Source: Acidimicrobiia bacterium
GTDB taxonomy: Bacteria; Actinomycetota; Acidimicrobiia; Spongiisociales; Spongiisociaceae
NCBI GenBank assembly: GCA_041576165.1
Contig: JBFGLM010000016.1
Span: 25,301-89,300 of the forward strand
Direction of reading: 5' to 3'
DNA: 64,000 nucleotides
Shown: piece after piece, positions 63,167-64,000 of the stretch
Position numbering within the stretch: the stretch's first letter is position 1
How the letters are laid out: each line of letters starts with the position of its first letter
Notes under the pieces: generated by a model
The model's input: the letters and a program-made list of their open reading frames with translations, nothing else
Database searches by the model: none
Told to the model about the DNA's origin: nothing
Made by a program: the position numbers and the translations under genes

Positions 63167-64000
63167 ATGACTGACCAACTGACTCACGACCTGGCAAGTG
63201 AGTCCGGGATCTCCGAGCCGTGGCTCGGCGAACTCGTGCGCGGAACGCGGGCCATCGCCAACGCTCCAATTCGCTCGGACGCCTCCCAACTCGTCGTTCG
63301 GGCCGCTGCCGAGGCGCAGCACCGGTCCACCCACACTGTGCGCCCCGCCCGGAGGCGTTCCCGTGGTGGGTTCGTTCCGGTGCTGCGCCGCGGCCTCGTT
63401 TTCAACCTGGTGATCGGCGCCATCCTCCTGATCGGGACCGCCGCGCTGACCGTGGGCTCGGTCGAAGCCGGAATCGCTCCCGATTTCGTGGAAGACCTCG
63501 TCGTCGATCTCACGGAGCGTGTCGGGATCACCGTTACTCCACCGGCCGAAGAACCCGCCGGCAGCGATGTCCACCCAGTCGATCTGGACCCGGCGCCGGG
63601 CGACAGCGGTGAGGTTTCCCGTGGCCTGCCCATCAATCCCAACCTCAACCCGGGCCATGACGGCGGCGGACCGGGTGCGAGCAACCTGGCGCCGGGCCCC
63701 GATGGTGCCGGGCCCCCAGGCCAGAGCGGGGCGACACCGGCGGACGGGGCTATCCCGCCGGGTCAGGCCGAGCAGGACGAGGAGACGGTGGACACCACCG
63801 CTGGGCCTCCCGGAAGCAGTGGCACGGCCCCCGGGCAGACCGAGGACACACCGGGACAGGAGGGAACGCCTCCAGGTCAGGAGGGAACGCCTCCAGGTCA
63901 GGAGGCAACGCCTCCAGGTCAGGAGGCAACGCCTCCAGGTCAGGAGGCAACGCCTCCAGGTCAGGAGGCAACGCCTCCAGGTCAGGAGGCAACGCCTCCA
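63167..64000 (+). CDS. Single-TM protein with a Pro/Gly-rich repetitive C-terminus (possible anti-sigma); runs off the window
   Basis: Manual translation MTDQLTHDLASESG...LVFNLVIGAILLIGTAALTVG...(TPPGQEA)n; GGAG RBS. Confidence 0.75.
   Translation, partial: MTDQLTHDLASESGISEPWLGELVRGTRAIANAPIRSDASQLVVRAAAEAQHRSTHTVRPARRRSRGGFVPVLRRGLVFNLVIGAILLIGTAALTVGSVEAGIAPDFVEDLVVDLTERVGITVTPPAEEPAGSDVHPVDLDPAPGDSGEVSRGLPINPNLNPGHDGGGPGASNLAPGPDGAGPPGQSGATPADGAIPPGQAEQDEETVDTTAGPPGSSGTAPGQTEDTPGQEGTPPGQEGTPPGQEATPPGQEATPPGQEATPPGQEATPPGQEATPP
63849..64000 (+). repeat. 21-bp coding tandem repeat (TPPGQE[G/A])
   Basis: ggtcaggaggcaacgcctcca-type unit repeated about 7 times up to the window edge. Confidence 0.92.

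Overview
This is a high-GC actinobacterial chromosome segment; gene content and order suggest Acidimicrobiia, but that placement is inference. Most of it is core genome: hrcA, hemW, lepA, rpsT, comEA-comEC-holA, ppk2, leuS, nadD, rsfS, trkAH, rplU-rpmA-obgE-proB, rne, mreBCD-mrdA-rodA, valS-folC-ndk, tig-clpP-clpX and seven tRNA genes. The unusual parts cluster next to tRNAs. (1) An HTH plus LAGLIDADG-like gene sits between tRNA-Lys and tRNA-Leu. It is interrupted by one amber codon, its stop codon lies inside tRNA-Lys, and its 3' end carries the candidate tRNA-Lys promoter. (2) A 301-bp non-coding cassette at the tRNA-Arg 3' end has perfect 22-bp terminal inverted repeats and a 10-nt loop-loop complementarity. 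(3) An 88-bp hairpin tandem repeat follows tRNA-Leu. (4) A decaying accessory patch downstream of tRNA-Ala holds four broken genes. Also notable are a ~380-nt structured leader upstream of rne, a ~90-aa insertion in LeuRS, and two adjacent Pro-rich surface proteins. No CRISPR array, rRNA, integrase or transposase is visible.
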